From: Sphagnum compactum
Lineage: Eukaryota
Length of the DNA stretch: 64,000 nucleotides
Assembly: GCA_965153455.1 (NCBI GenBank)
Contig: OZ234493.1
Span: 33,594,213-33,658,212 of the forward strand
Direction: 5' to 3'
In this document: one piece after another, positions 1 through 12,489 of the stretch
Position numbering within the stretch: the stretch's first letter is position 1
How the letters are laid out: every line of letters begins with the position of its first letter
Made by a program: the position numbers and the translations under genes
The notes under the pieces: generated by a model
What the model was told of the DNA's origin: nothing
What the model saw: the letters and a program-made list of their open reading frames with translations, nothing else
Databases searched by the model: none

Positions 1-2008
1 TGTTCAAAGTGGTGGTGAAACACTGCCTTCTCGAGTTTCTGTTGCCTTTCCAGAAGCAATAGGAAGAATCAGTAGTGATGTTGGGTAGCACTCAAGAGAC
101 AAACTGTGAAGAAAACAGTGGCACAATAATATCATGACTTGTGACTCAAAATTTACTGGGAGTCAACAAACTCTTACAAGATGTAAGCTTTCTGGGCTAT
201 CCCCCATTCAAGAGCATGCAAGATGTAAATCACTCAAAGCAGCAAGGAATTTATTCATCATTCTGAATCTTTCTGCACATATGAAATTTCTTCCAAATAT
301 ATGTAAATCACCAAAATATTGCCAAGCAACCCCACTGTTTACTCCCTTCATCGTACCCTCCACAATCAGTGATGATCATCAACTGCAATCTCTGTTCAAC
401 GTTTCCAGTTGATTTCAGCAACTCAATTGAGACAAAACTTGAAGCTCCTAGCATGACACGTGTGAACCTAGTAAACAAATGGGAAATCAAATTGAAGAAA
501 GGAAATGGTAGGTGCATACCTCAGCATGCATATGCTTGCTCACATATGGCAAGGACCCATGTTTATTGGCTTTAGTGACAATTCTCAAGTGGTCTTGATA
601 AAGTCTGCATCTGGAAACTGTGGTGGAACATTTCTACCTTCAATGCTCCCAGCCTATGAATTGTAACCCCAGCCATCAAACGGCCTGTGACTGTGCTTGT
701 GGGCATAATGGAAAGTGTAAGTCCTTGCTGCCTATAATGGATCATCAATCACATGCACCTCACAGGATTATGTCTAAGATGCAGAACAAAGTCATTCCAT
801 GGTAAGATTGCATCAGGAAATGCAAGAACTCTCTAGATTTGAACCTAGATATAACACATATGAAGGAGGAATGAAGCATCATACAAAATTCACGTACAGT
901 TTGCAGGATGAATGTACACCCAGATACCAGATTGAATGTAGATGCCAGTCTTGTCCATATGAGCCCTGTGCAATGAGCTAGGGTTTGAGCACAATTGGTG
1001 ACTTCAAATGCCTGAGATATCAGTTGCGGACATGTTATCAGTGGCAGTTGCAGTCAGCTGCCTGGATAGAACATCTGTGCATCTTCAGGCACTGATGGTG
1101 TAGCAGACAGCTCTTCCTTCTTGCCTGCTCCAGAATCCCTTCACCTCTTCTTCATCTTGAGGGTCATTGATGCTGTGGTGTACTATTGAAATTTTCCTGG
1201 TGGCCAGAAAAGGCTGAGAATGTGGGTGGAGCAGAGCAGTTTTATTGCTACAAGCACTGGCCCTGTTGATAAACCTCATTCACTATATTGCATGGGTATG
1301 TGAGGGATTCCTCAACCCTGGACACTGGCAATGGACTATATTGCATGGGTGTATGTGAAGGAATTCCTAAACCCTGAACAATCTCAACATCCAGTTGCCA
1401 AGTTCACGAAGTCACATTGGTTGTTTTCACCTTCAATCAATTTGAAGCATTTCAAAACCTGCTAAGAGGTTCCTGATGAACGGCGGTCAGTTGCATTGCC
1501 TTCCATTGCCAAATCCTTTGCGGTTTGTGTCTAAGATTGAAGAGAGAAGCAATGTCTAAACCTTCTCCACAAAGATCACTAGCAAAATCATCTTGGTCAG
1601 TATATCATGGTGGAGAAGATTGGCCATCAAATCCATGGATTAAAATGTTGGCAGAGCTGGCTCACATGTGCCTTTCAAAGACAGCATGAAATGGCCTGCT
1701 ATTGTCACACATCATATAGGTTGAATCTCTCTCCCAGTTATGTAGAAAAGAATTACCTTGCACTGTGAACAGAAACAAGGTACTGATCAAGTATGAGGGT
1801 GAGGATTGCAAATCTGAGAATCCAACCATGGATACAGGGGATTGTCATGAAGAGAAATACCATGTATCTTTATAGATGTAATCCCATGGTTGAGGGCATT
1901 CTCTGCCATTGAGGACAATTCTCTTCCAACTGTGGCATGAATCCAAATCCAAAATGACAAACCCTATCTCCTAGTTCTAAACCTGGAATTCAGAAGACAA
2001 AAGTTGAA

Positions 2009-2038
2009 GGGGAGAGGGGGGGGGGGGGGGGGGCGGGG
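2009..2038 (+). repeat. Poly-G tract (G18 plus flanking G runs)
   Basis: Seen directly just past the methyltransferase stop codon. Confidence 0.85.
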
Positions 2039-2062
2039 CTGTTAGAGGAGGGAGGAGCTCTC

Positions 2063-2800
2063 TTACTTCTTCTTGAGAATGTAGATGTCATTCTCATCCC
2101 AAGCATAATCAGGATGGAGTTCAGTGTGAGGAATTTGTTGGATGTGGAAGAAATTAGGACACAGCCTCCAAAAGAGTTCATGTGCTTCAGCTTGTCTGAT
2201 CTGGTAGCCAAGCAGGATGATGGTGTGAGGACCAGCAAGTGCACTCATGGCGTTCAACAAAGGCTCCACGATGTTCTCCAGATATACCACATCCGCTGCG
2301 ATCACATAGTCGAAGGGTGGCTTGAGAGCTGCAATTTGTTTCTCGTTCTCCCAGTAAAGCTGAGCTATCTTCACTTTGCCAGCTTTGGAACCAGGTTTGC
2401 CAGCAGATGCAAGAGATGTGGAGCTCACGTTTTTCTTGAAATTCCTCTTCAAAGCAGGCATGACAGGTGCAATGTCCGTGAGGACTACATTCAGACCCAA
2501 CAGAGCTAACCCTAGCCCGGCCACTCCACACCCAGTGCCCAGATCCACACCTCTCTTGCCTGAAAAAGTCCTAGGCTGAACGCCCTCGCACACTACTGAT
2601 GATGAGGCCGATCCTCCTGCTGCTCCTCCTCCTCCTCCTCCTGCTCCTCCTTTCAACAGAATGTGCTCCACCCATTTCACCAGCACCAGCGACGACGGCC
2701 ACACTGAAGTGCCCACATGCATGGAGCCATTGTCCTGCTCAAATCTCAAAGTTTCTCCTGCCACTGTGAGATCCACCACGGGGTATCCTGCGTATTTCAT
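2063..2800 (-). CDS. SAM-dependent protein-lysine methyltransferase, METTL21/Methyltransf_16 family, single exon (~245 aa from MKYAGYPVV)
   Basis: The ORF has GTSVWPSS, motif I VDLGTGCGVAGL, VVLTD, LYW and FDYVIAADVVY (DxxY), all typical of this seven-beta-strand family. Start placed at the ATG at 2800; the 2908 ATG reads through probable 5'UTR. Contains a Gly-rich insert from a (GGA)n repeat. Confidence 0.9.
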   Translation of the reverse strand: MKYAGYPVVDLTVAGETLRFEQDNGSMHVGTSVWPSSLVLVKWVEHILLKGGAGGGGGGAAGGSASSSVVCEGVQPRTFSGKRGVDLGTGCGVAGLGLALLGLNVVLTDIAPVMPALKRNFKKNVSSTSLASAGKPGSKAGKVKIAQLYWENEKQIAALKPPFDYVIAADVVYLENIVEPLLNAMSALAGPHTIILLGYQIRQAEAHELFWRLCPNFFHIQQIPHTELHPDYAWDENDIYILKKK

Positions 2801-2912
2801 GACCTTCTTGCCTGCTGGGAAATTATTGAAACAGCAGCGCAGATAGAAACTTCTGGCCTCTTGTTCTCTGCTCGCATGTGGAGTTCGTATGGGAGGCAGC
2901 AGGCTCATAAGA

Positions 2913-2943
2913 GTTAGGGTTAGGGTTTATGAGGGTTAGGGCT
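2913..2943 (-). promoter_or_regulatory. Telo-box-like cluster (AAACCCTA / AACCCT repeats) upstream of the methyltransferase
   Basis: GTTAGGGTTAGGGTTTATGAGGGTTAGGG on +, i.e. AAACCCTAACCCTAAC on -, ~110 bp 5' of the ATG. Telo-boxes are known near the TSS of plant translation-related genes. Confidence 0.5.
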
Positions 2944-3781
2944 AGCAATCTCTGTCGCCTTGTTCCTATAAGATTGCACTACAGACCTCGAATTTCAGAG
3001 GTAGTAATTGTTGGGGTCGGATCCCTTTCTCTCTTTTTTGATGTTTGTGTTTTTTCAGATCTTTGCAACGTGTGCTTACTTCCTTCATAGGAGGAAGACA
3101 GTAGCGTCTCGAAGAGTCAGTACGTGATTCTTTCGATGGTCCTGCCCATAAGAGAGTCCCGCAAGGTTCTTGGAGCTCATGGCAAAGCTGTACACTATTC
3201 TCATCCGTTTTCTTGCTGACGCAGACTATTGTGGCTGGAGGAGACTAGTGTGCAGCTTGTCCAGGGGCCTCAGCTCAACTGCGATGATACTAGACACCTT
3301 CTGATCCGAGTTCTCTGTTCGATCTGTAGTTCGTTTTTCTTTGTTCCGTGGTTTTGATCTGTACTCAGTAGTGTTGATTGGAGTAAGGATTCGTCTCCGC
3401 GGTGTTGGTAGACTTCCTTCGTAACCTACACACTTCCATGTCACACAGCTTCTGCTGCACTTTGTCTTGCTGCAAAAACGATTCTCGAAGCCTCTTGAAT
3501 GACAGAGTGGATGGGGTTGCAGCTGTGTGGACTTTTTTGTTAACTTGTGGCCTTCTGGAGGGGTTGATTCTTTCATACATAAATGCCCAGTTCGTGAGTT
3601 TTTTTTTGGGTTGTTTTTCCTTGTTTCTGTCAAGGGAGAAATGTAAGGAAGGATCCGCGGAGCTTTGCGAAGATGAGGAACAACATATTATGTCTGGACA
3701 TCTGAGGGCGCCGTTGGTTGCCATTGCAGAAGTCATGTTACAATCTCTGAGCAAAAATGCCGCGGATCTCTCGACACATCT

Positions 3782-3806
3782 TTCTCTCTCTCTCTCTCTC
3801 TCTCTC
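3782..3806 (+). repeat. (TC)n microsatellite
   Basis: Seen directly. Confidence 0.9.
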
Positions 3807-6800
3807 TTCTACTGCAGATTTCTGTGACGCTTTCACTCCCTCTTGATACATGTGTGTGTGTTTTGCCGATTTCTGTAACCCTGAGCCTACCTGCTCCAGA
3901 GAAATCCACTGGACCCAAGTGCCATTTAAGTGTTCCTTAATCCCTGTTCCTTAACCACCTGTCTGGAAAACTTTTCCAGCATGGGCAATGTATTTTGCTC
4001 AAATACAGATTGAGAAGTTTCAAGAGTTCCACTCCACAATAGTGGAAATTCCAGAACTTCATCAATACACTCATTGCTGAGTCCAGATGATCACATGGCC
4101 AGGTTGTGGCTAGAACTAAGAAAATGTCTCAGGATTGATTACTGGTAGTTCAATAGAGCAATGCAGTCAATGCACTCTGGTGGACCTCACTCATGCTTGT
4201 TTCCAACTACCAGTGAGTTTCTGTCACAAGACCAGTAGTAAACAGCAAGAATCACTATTGATGCTGGCTACCTCGACAAAACCTGAAAGAGAAGGAGAAG
4301 ACCACAGAAACCAGGAAGAAAGAGGTACCCAAAAAGAAGAGAGAAAGAAAAACCAAACTAGAAAATGGAGAGAAACAAGAGAGAATTTTAGGAGCAAAAT
4401 CATTGCAACTGGAATCAGTTGAGTTTGCATCAAGAGCTGGAGAGAGCCAGAAGCATGAAGTTCACCCTGTAATATTGACTCCAGCTGCAAGTAGTAGTGT
4501 TGCTCCTCCAACTGCAACCACAAGCTTAACCCAATCCATAAGGATAGCCCCTCAGACCACCATCATTGCACATGACATACCACATCTTAACCCTAGCTCT
4601 ACATCACATCTTTCCAGATGAAACAACCAGAATTTGCGTGCTATCAATTGCAGCAACTCACTTCTCCTTGTCCATATGCCAACTCTCAATCAGGATTCTG
4701 CACTTTTTATATCTTCAGCTGCCTTGGCCCTTATATGCTCATCCCTCAGCCGCCTCTGCAATGGTCCACACTAAAATGATCTCTCTTTCAGTCTCAGCCC
4801 ATTCCTTTTCAGTATAATGCTGATGTTGTTCTTCTATCTGTGCTTCTACATTTCTGTTCTTGGCAGCACTGCAGCTGCCTCTTCTTGCAATGATTCTCAC
4901 AAGCTCTGTATTGTTGCCTTTGAGAGCCTTCATGCTTAACCTGCTTGTAGTATACAGATTGCCAAATTGCTCCACTGCCACTGAAGAATTGCCAAGATCC
5001 ATCAGGAAGAAACTCAGGAAAGTCTATCAATTCCATGTTCCCTGTCAACAGTTGTGGGTTGAGGTCACCAGACCCTGAAGCTTTTAGTGAGGTTGCACTT
5101 AGAAGGGTCGAATGCAACAAAGCTCAAACATGTCTGTATACTCCCTCATGTTGGGCTTATAGAACTTGGTACCTTTCCTTTGCTTATCAAGTCTCTAAGT
5201 CCTGCTTTCTCATCAACTCAAAGAGTACAACCATGTGCACATGCTGCCATGTATGTCAGCTGTCAGCTCCTCCTGAGGAATGACATTCTCACATTTCATT
5301 TATGAAACTCTTAAATTTGATCTGGTGTTTTCAATTGCAACACCCACATCACTGCATAGTACTATGATTGATCACACCACCATATCTAACTCCTACTGAC
5401 AACCAGAGTTTGTGGAACTCTCTCAGTACATGGATTTGTGCTACAGCAGTATCTTGTGAAGAGTTGATTTGGGAATTTGGATGTTGCAGATGTATGTGAT
5501 GGGCTGAGCAGAATCATAGGTGTGCAGTTGGATGTATCTGATCAGAACATACTGATGTTGAGAGGTATATGCACACCTTGATTTTCCTCTCTTCAAATTC
5601 AGTTACAAAAGTCAAGGTTAGGGTCTCTTTTGTCATGTGAACAGATTTGTCTTCCTACACCACCATAATGCAGGAAGGAATGAAGTACAGTGCCCATTTT
5701 GTGTGGAATTATATACATAGTGGTCCACCAAAGCAGGGAATTTCTTAAGGCACATGAAGGGCTGGGGAGTGTTTCTGCAAGGCAGCTTGTTCTCTGGAAC
5801 TTTTTCCTCACATTTCACTTGGGATTCCCTTTCTTGTGAAGCTTTTACCTATTAGACTTCAATCTAATTTTATTTTTTGCGCTTTTGCTGAAATGTCACT
5901 CATCTTTTGCAATTCAAGCAGAGTTCCCTTGTGATTTCCTTACAGTGAGAACTATCCTGGTTGAACAAGTGGGTGTGTAGCTGCTGCTACTACAAATGAG
6001 CACCTAATTAGTGCACTTCAAAACATAGGTGCAGTTCTGGAATCAAGCTGATTTAGCCAGTGAGTTAAGGAGAGGAATTAAGGAGTATAGCTGGTAGGGT
6101 AGAGAGGCTGGTCATAGTACACTTTAAAACTCAGACAAACCATCTGATTGAACCAGAACTTGGTTGCCTCTGGTGTCCAAAGATGAATTGTAGAAGAGAT
6201 CATTGTGCACCTACTGCCCTTTAGATTGCTGGATTTGGACTATAGTTGCAAAAGATATGGCTTTTGGTAGCTTTTCGCCTCATTGCCTCAACAACCAAAT
6301 TTTACCAATCAGCTTCTGGACCTATCTTTAAGCTATACAAACCTAGTAAATGCACATATAAATTTTGACACATGTCACCAATCCATGCCATCATCAAACA
6401 CTTTCATCTTCGAACCGATCATCATCCTTCGAAACAACAGACACCTTATGGTTGAAATCAACACCGAAAATAAGGCAACATTCTGTTTGGTGATCAATAC
6501 CCTAAAGGTATGCTAAACCCTAAAATTTGAATGCTCTCCCGCACGACATCGCTCCAAACCCTAAACCCTTTCCCCCTTTCCTTTCCTCTCTCCTCCCATT
6601 CCCTCTCCTCTCCTACTTCTGTTGTTGTTCAGGCATAACGAAAATCCTCTTTCTGGTTTCTCTTGAGTTACACTATTGCTCATGGATGTGTGCTTTGAGC
6701 ATGTTAAATGTTCTCCCTCTTGAAGTTCTCCTACTCAACTTTTCTCTATGGTTTTTCTTGAGTTTTGTTATCATTCGTGGACGCGTGCTCAAAGCATGCT

Positions 6801-6939
6801 AAAGACATTCCTTATTTGGATACAAGTTGGTGCAATAGAGCTTCCCAAGTTTGTGAAAATCCATACTAATTCTAAGTGTTTTATTGTTGTAAATGCTGGT
6901 GCAATTAGTGGTCTCATGTTCATAATCAAAGTTGTCTTC

Positions 6940-7360
6940 CTAAGTGGATCAAAACTCCTTGGTGTTTTAGTGATGTTTGCAATGGTTTTCTCTCGGTGCT
7001 GCTCCTCTCCTCTTCATGGTGTTCTTGATCTTCTCCATGTATGTTCTTAATGTTAGTCCTTTTCCTAGTGTTCTTGAGCTTCTCTTGGTGTTGCTCCTCT
7101 CCTTTGTGCGGTTCCAGATGAATTGAACACCCCCCTCTAGTGGTCGCAATGGTCCTGTTCCTAGTGTTGGTCTTCTTCTTGGTGTTCTTCATCTCCTCCT
7201 AGTGCTATTCTTGATGTTCATGATGATCCTTTAGTCCTAGTCTTTTTCCTGGTGTTGTTCATCTCCTCTCCTTGGTCCTCTCTTAATGTTTTTGACCTTT
7301 TCCTGGTGGATCAACCTTTTGAGTTCTTGATGATCCTTAATTATTGTTCTTGAGCTTGGA
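6940..7360. repeat. Degenerate pyrimidine-rich tandem repeat (GTTCTT...TCTCCTC / TTTCCTGGTGTT units)
   Basis: Recurring GTGTTCTTGA and CTTTTCCT(A/G)GTG motifs. Confidence 0.55.
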
Positions 7361-7499
7361 ACCATGGAGTCTTATTGGTCATTGAACCATTAAACTTCTA
7401 TTCTTAGAGCTTTTACTCAACCCTTTCGCCCTCCTGCCTGTTATTATTATCGCATCAGTTTTAAATTTTTTCCTTTATTACTTTATTATTCCATTCTAA

Positions 7500-9260
7500 T
7501 TCATTAAACAAATTTTCAATAGATTACTAAAGCATGTGGGTTAGGAGACAATCGACGATCCCATGCTGAACAATCGACTCGAGTGCGCACCACTCCTCTG
7601 GACGGCTCTTCTTCACACGACGGTTGAGAGACATTCACGTCAAGCGGTGCTATGTTAAGCGATGCTACGTTAAGCGGTGCTTCGTCAAGCGGTGTTTCTT
7701 CAAGCTCTTCTTTTTCTTCTGGTGCAATTGGAGGATTCGAGGGCGTAGCGACATCATCCACCATGACTAAATTTTCACCTGCATCATAAAAAACCGAAGG
7801 GTAGCCGAAACAATTTAGCACTTGCATTCGAAGGGGGTCGTTGCCTTTATTCAAGAGATTAGGGTAGGTGTAAGGCGTGGCAGTGATGGCGAAATTTCGT
7901 GAAAACTCAAACATCTTAGTTCCAGCGAATTCGTGAAGCCTTAATATCGACGGTGGATCTAGAAATACATGGGAATCCTTGTAATTCCAAATTTAATTTT
8001 AATTTATTATAACTACATAATTATTTAGTACATGGTAAGGAATAACTAGGGAATATTAAAAGAGTAAATGGTGCACGAAAAGGTTATTACTACCGTTGAG
8101 TTGATTTAATCAAATGGGAACTCAAGGATGGTTACTTATTACTACCGATAAATTATCCCCATAGTTAGTTACTTAGAATAATTAGGATGAAGAAGTAGTA
8201 TGTTAAGTCAAACGGACGAAATTGACAATGATTGAGCTCAAGAACCCCATCAAGATGTCCAAAATAAGAAAAAAGATGAGTCCTCCAATTCCATTGGTCA
8301 TGATGGTTATCATCCTATTTAATTGGCGAATAAAACCTTCTTAGTGTTTCATTGGGCATAAGGATTCTCATCCTAAATTCCATAGGAGAGAAAAATTATT
8401 CTCGAGTCTCATTAGTTCATGAAGGATGAGGAGGCCATTGATTGGAGGGAAGGATTTCCAAACTTCCATTGGACAAGGAGAACAAGTTCAAGGAGGGGTC
8501 ATGGGAGGCTTACCAAAGTGAGTGGATTCGTGTGTGTTTTTTCAGGGGAAAAAAAGAGGAGAATGAGTGTGTGAAAAAAAAAAAAGTTTTTATGTATGAA
8601 AAGGTGTTGTTCATGGAAAAAAAAAATGTGTGCAAACAAAAGAGCATGAAAGGAAGTTGTGTCTAACAAATAGTTGTAGTGGGGTTCATGGAAGGATTTC
8701 CATGAACAAGCCTTTGGATTCTTATTTAAAATAGTTTTTCCATTCAAATCCACCGTTGGATTTGTCTCAAACTTTAAAAAATTTTAGTTTAGGAGGTGTA
8801 GAAGGTTCTCCCAAAATTTCAAAATCATCGGGTTTGCTGCATAGAAGCTACACTTGCAGGAAGTAGAGGGGGTTGAAACTGTCTATTTTTTTCTCAAATT
8901 TGGTCAAATTAGTTTTTTTGTTTCGAGGCACAACTCTTGATTTCAGAAATAAAAACTTCTAATACTTTGTAACATTGCTCCTTTTAAGATTAGCTTTTCG
9001 AAAACCCAATGCATGTTAGACTAGGAGATTGTATGAAGATATTGTGACGAATGGAACGAAAAGGAGTCAACCATCAAGCATGAACATGGATTTAACATCA
9101 ACATAATGTTCGTTCACATTCCATCATGGTGAGTTTTGATTCTCCCACAATGTTTTGGTATCTTCCAAATGGACACAACGCATTAGATTATTAGTGAACT
9201 TCATTACATTACATTGAACCACCTTAACTTGTTAGAATACAACTACATAATAGTTCCACC
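7500..9260 (-). mobile_element. Probable transposon fragment with a short acidic accessory ORF (7516-7914)
   Basis: Abrupt switch to CpG-retaining sequence, internal 15-nt repeats (TCAAGCGGTG) and a subterminal-like AT-rich tail. No transposase motif, so superfamily is unassigned. Confidence 0.4.
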
Positions 9261-11229
9261 CCCAAGTGAGTCTGTGAGTGCATATCTTCCTGTGGAAGGT
9301 GTGCAAGAATTCCTCACACCTTTAATGCCCTTCAATGGCATTTAGTCCTTTTACTGTGAGGCAAAAAGTTGTGGGACCTTCTACATGTGCAGGGCAACTT
9401 TTTTATAATCTAAGTTAAAGTGGAGGGAACTTGTGGAATTACTAAAAAATAAGATTCACGAAATTATTTTCACAATTATATTTTTGATTTTCTAGTTTTT
9501 CGTTCAACAAAATTATTGAATTCAACCCTTTTTAAAGGACAAGATACGGAAGGAGAGACATACTCAATAGTGGTTGGAGGAGTGTTCAAACTATAAAATT
9601 AATAGAATTATGTGAAGGTCTTGGTCAAAATTTTCAAAACTGTAAGTGGAGGGCATGTTACATGGGAATTAGGCTTTAAATTTTGAGATATATTCTAAAG
9701 TTGAAGCATAGTGGCTAGTTTATAGTCATCCTAAATGCTCCAAAAAAGATGATAGGTTTTTACCAATCTTGATTTGTTAGATAAGCTTGAGTGTGGTATA
9801 AGACTAATCCAAAGACCTTACCATGTTGGTATGACCTAAGGCAATACCAATCTTGTATAGATATCACCTTGGTAGCAAATGAGGTAATACTAGCCTTGTA
9901 CCACTTTAATATCAAATTCAATACTTGGTATATATTTGTTTCACACAAACCAAGAAAATGGTCTTGGACCCAATATATCAAGAGGCTAGTACGAGAGTGT
10001 CAAAACAAATTCATATTAGGACCATGTTGGTCTGAAGATTTTGAAAATCTACCTAAAGGTGGTTTTTTGATGAATTACTATTTGTAACCAAAGTGGCAAT
10101 CATCCCTTTGCAAATGTCAAAAGGAAGAGGTAGAAAAAGTGACAATCATCCCTTTGTAATATGATTAGGCTAGTCTATTCAAAAGTTGATACTAGACCAG
10201 TGTTAGGTGGGTATAATTTTTTTTTAATACCCATCAAATTTGGTTTTGCAATAAGATTACAAAAGGTTTCAATTCTCTTTTTTTATTTTAAAAAAAAATT
10301 ATGCACATGGTCAAAGTATCCATATTTTTACAAAACAATTTTAATCGATTTTCACAATGTCAGTTTTCATAAATTTGAGAACATCTAATCATCATTTGGT
10401 ACTTTTCACCAACCGGTTATTATTATCTAGCAAATTTGTCAAACTTTTAGCCAAGGTTTAACTTGTAATTTTTATAGGTTTGAACAAGTTAATAGTCACA
10501 TGCTTTGGTTGTCACTCCTTCCCCAAAAAGTTAATAATTAAGGCAAACACATCATAAGCTCCTTTGGACATTCACAAATCAAAGCTAGTTATTGCAAAAT
10601 GACATTCTACCAATGTAAGAACATGTAATTGCTTTGTTTTCTCCATTAGCCTTGGTAATATTTCTATGAAAATTCTGGAAGGGAAATTTAGTTCTGGACA
10701 TGAGCATAAAGTTAACTGTTTTAGTCACATACTTTCCACAAATTAAATTAGTAATCTATTTTTTACAATCAAAAGACCACTTGGTCTTTAAGAAAATTTT
10801 TCTATGGCACATTTTTTTTGGGAAAGAATCCTTCATAGTAATTTTTTTTGAGATTGACCCTCCACTAATATTTACTCCTTTTTTTGTAGGATGTCTTTCT
10901 TTAGGGATATATCTAAAGTTAATGGAGGAAAAAAAAAAAATTGTTCCAAAATCAGTAGTTGGGAAATTACAAAACTAGATGATTAAAGCAAAACATTTAC
11001 AAACAAAGGGCTAAAGGTTTAAGATATGAAGTTTAGGGTTTAAAAAATTAGTCAAAAAATTAAGCATTTACAGACAAAGGGAATTCTTCACTATTTTCTC
11101 TCATCACGATTAACAGAAAATGAAGGGAGATTTATTGTTTAGTTAAAATTGGTCTTGTAAAAAATTAAAACATTACACATAAACAAAAAAAACAAAATAT
11201 TTAAAACACATAGGAGAAAAGTTTTTTTT

Positions 11230-11900
11230 TTAAAAAAAAAAAGAAAAAAAAAAGAAAGAGGAGAGAATAGTAGTATGTATTTTAAAAACATGAGGTAGCA
11301 AGGTGAGGTGAAGTAATAGTGCTAGGGGGAGGAACATGGCGGGGTGAAATATTAGGTGAGGTGAAGCAATAAGGTGAAGCAAAACAATAAGGCAAAGGAG
11401 AACAATAGGGTGGGAAGAGAAATAGAAGGGTGTAGTATGAAATGATGTAATAGGGCGAGTGAAGGAGTAGGGCATGGTGCGACGCAAAATAACAAGGTGA
11501 AGTAAAGCAACAAGGTGTGATGAAACATCAAGGCATGAATCAAAGAAGCAAGGCGTGACAAAGCATTAGGGCAAAGCACCAAGGTACGAAGTGAAACACC
11601 ATGACAAAACAACATAGTAAGGCATAAAACAAAGTACCAGGGCACGACAAAACAAGGCACAAAGGCAAATAACAAGGCAAGACATCAAGACATGAAGTGA
11701 AATAGCAAGACGAAATGAAAGGAATGCGATGACAAAAGAAGGCAAAAGCAGCAATAGGAAAAGAAAAAGAGAAAGGAAGGAAGGGAAAAGAAAAGGGGAA
11801 AAAAATGAGAAGGAAGGAGAGAAGGAAAAAAACACTAAAGAAAGAAGGAAGAGGACAATAAGGGAAAAAATCACAAACATAAAATAATTTGAATCTTTGC
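11230..11900. repeat. Purine-rich low-complexity degenerate tandem repeat
   Basis: Repeated AAGGTGA / AAGGCA units and A/G runs; the Leu/Phe-rich minus-strand ORFs are artefacts of it. Confidence 0.7.
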
Positions 11901-12078
11901 GACACATAAAAGAACAACAAACCTTGAAACTTACATGTCAAACAAAAGAGTGTGAGAGGAGAACTCAAGGGCTCCAATCCCTTTCTATTCCAAAGAAATA
12001 TGTAGGGTTTAGGAAAGAGAAGGGAGCCGTTGGAAAGCGACGCCCCCTTCCTAATCTCAACCTAAACCTAATTTTGAC

Positions 12079-12489
12079 CAGTGTTGGGCAGGTACATGAA
12101 CTTGAGAACTCGACCCGGGTCAGAGGTTTTATTTCACCCGGGTTTTCAACATTGAATTTTTTTTGAGCATCCAGTTGTCACACAAGTGAGAACCGGTGAT
12201 TGTTGACCCAGGTAAGAGGTTTTATTTGACTCGGGTTTCAACATTTGAATTTTTTTTGAGCATCCAGTTCTCACACAAGTGAGAACCGGTTATCATTGAC
12301 CCGGGTAAGAGGTTCTATTTCACCCCAGTTTCAACATTTGAATTTTTTTTTTGGAGCATCCAGTTCGCACACAAGTGAGAACCAGTGATCAGGGTTTCAG
12401 TGAGGGTATCACTAAAAGTGGTAACCCTGAGAGCATATTGGGATACCTGAGTGATACCCAAGTGTATTTTGGATACCCGCCCAACACTG
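12079..12489. mobile_element. hAT-type MITE with CAGTGTTGGGC terminal inverted repeats (TIRs) and three ~93-bp internal tandem units
   Basis: CAGTGTTGGGC at 12079 and GCCCAACACTG ending 12489. Three copies of GACCCGGGT.AGAGGTT...GAGCATCCAGTT..CACACAAGTGAGAACC. The TSD is degraded. Confidence 0.75.

Noticed and set aside
1-1990. Short ORFs and a two-copy ~50-bp repeat (1282-1380)
   Set aside because: Frequent stops in all frames and no motif I can recognise; probably a decayed TE or pseudogene that cannot be assigned.
2801-2908. N-terminal extension of the methyltransferase ORF
   Set aside because: Reads as UTR adjacent to telo-boxes; family-like sequence begins at MKYAGYPVV.
3282-3305. C/D box snoRNA (ATGATA...CTGA)
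   Set aside because: Boxes are only ~15 nt apart, the C box is imperfect and there is no terminal stem.
3950-6250. Many overlapping 70-100 aa ORFs
   Set aside because: No domain signature or coherent splice model; CpG-depleted, likely old TE remains.
12110-12390. CRISPR-like regular repeats
   Set aside because: Units repeat in full with no unique spacers, lie inside a TIR element, and the context is eukaryotic with no cas genes.
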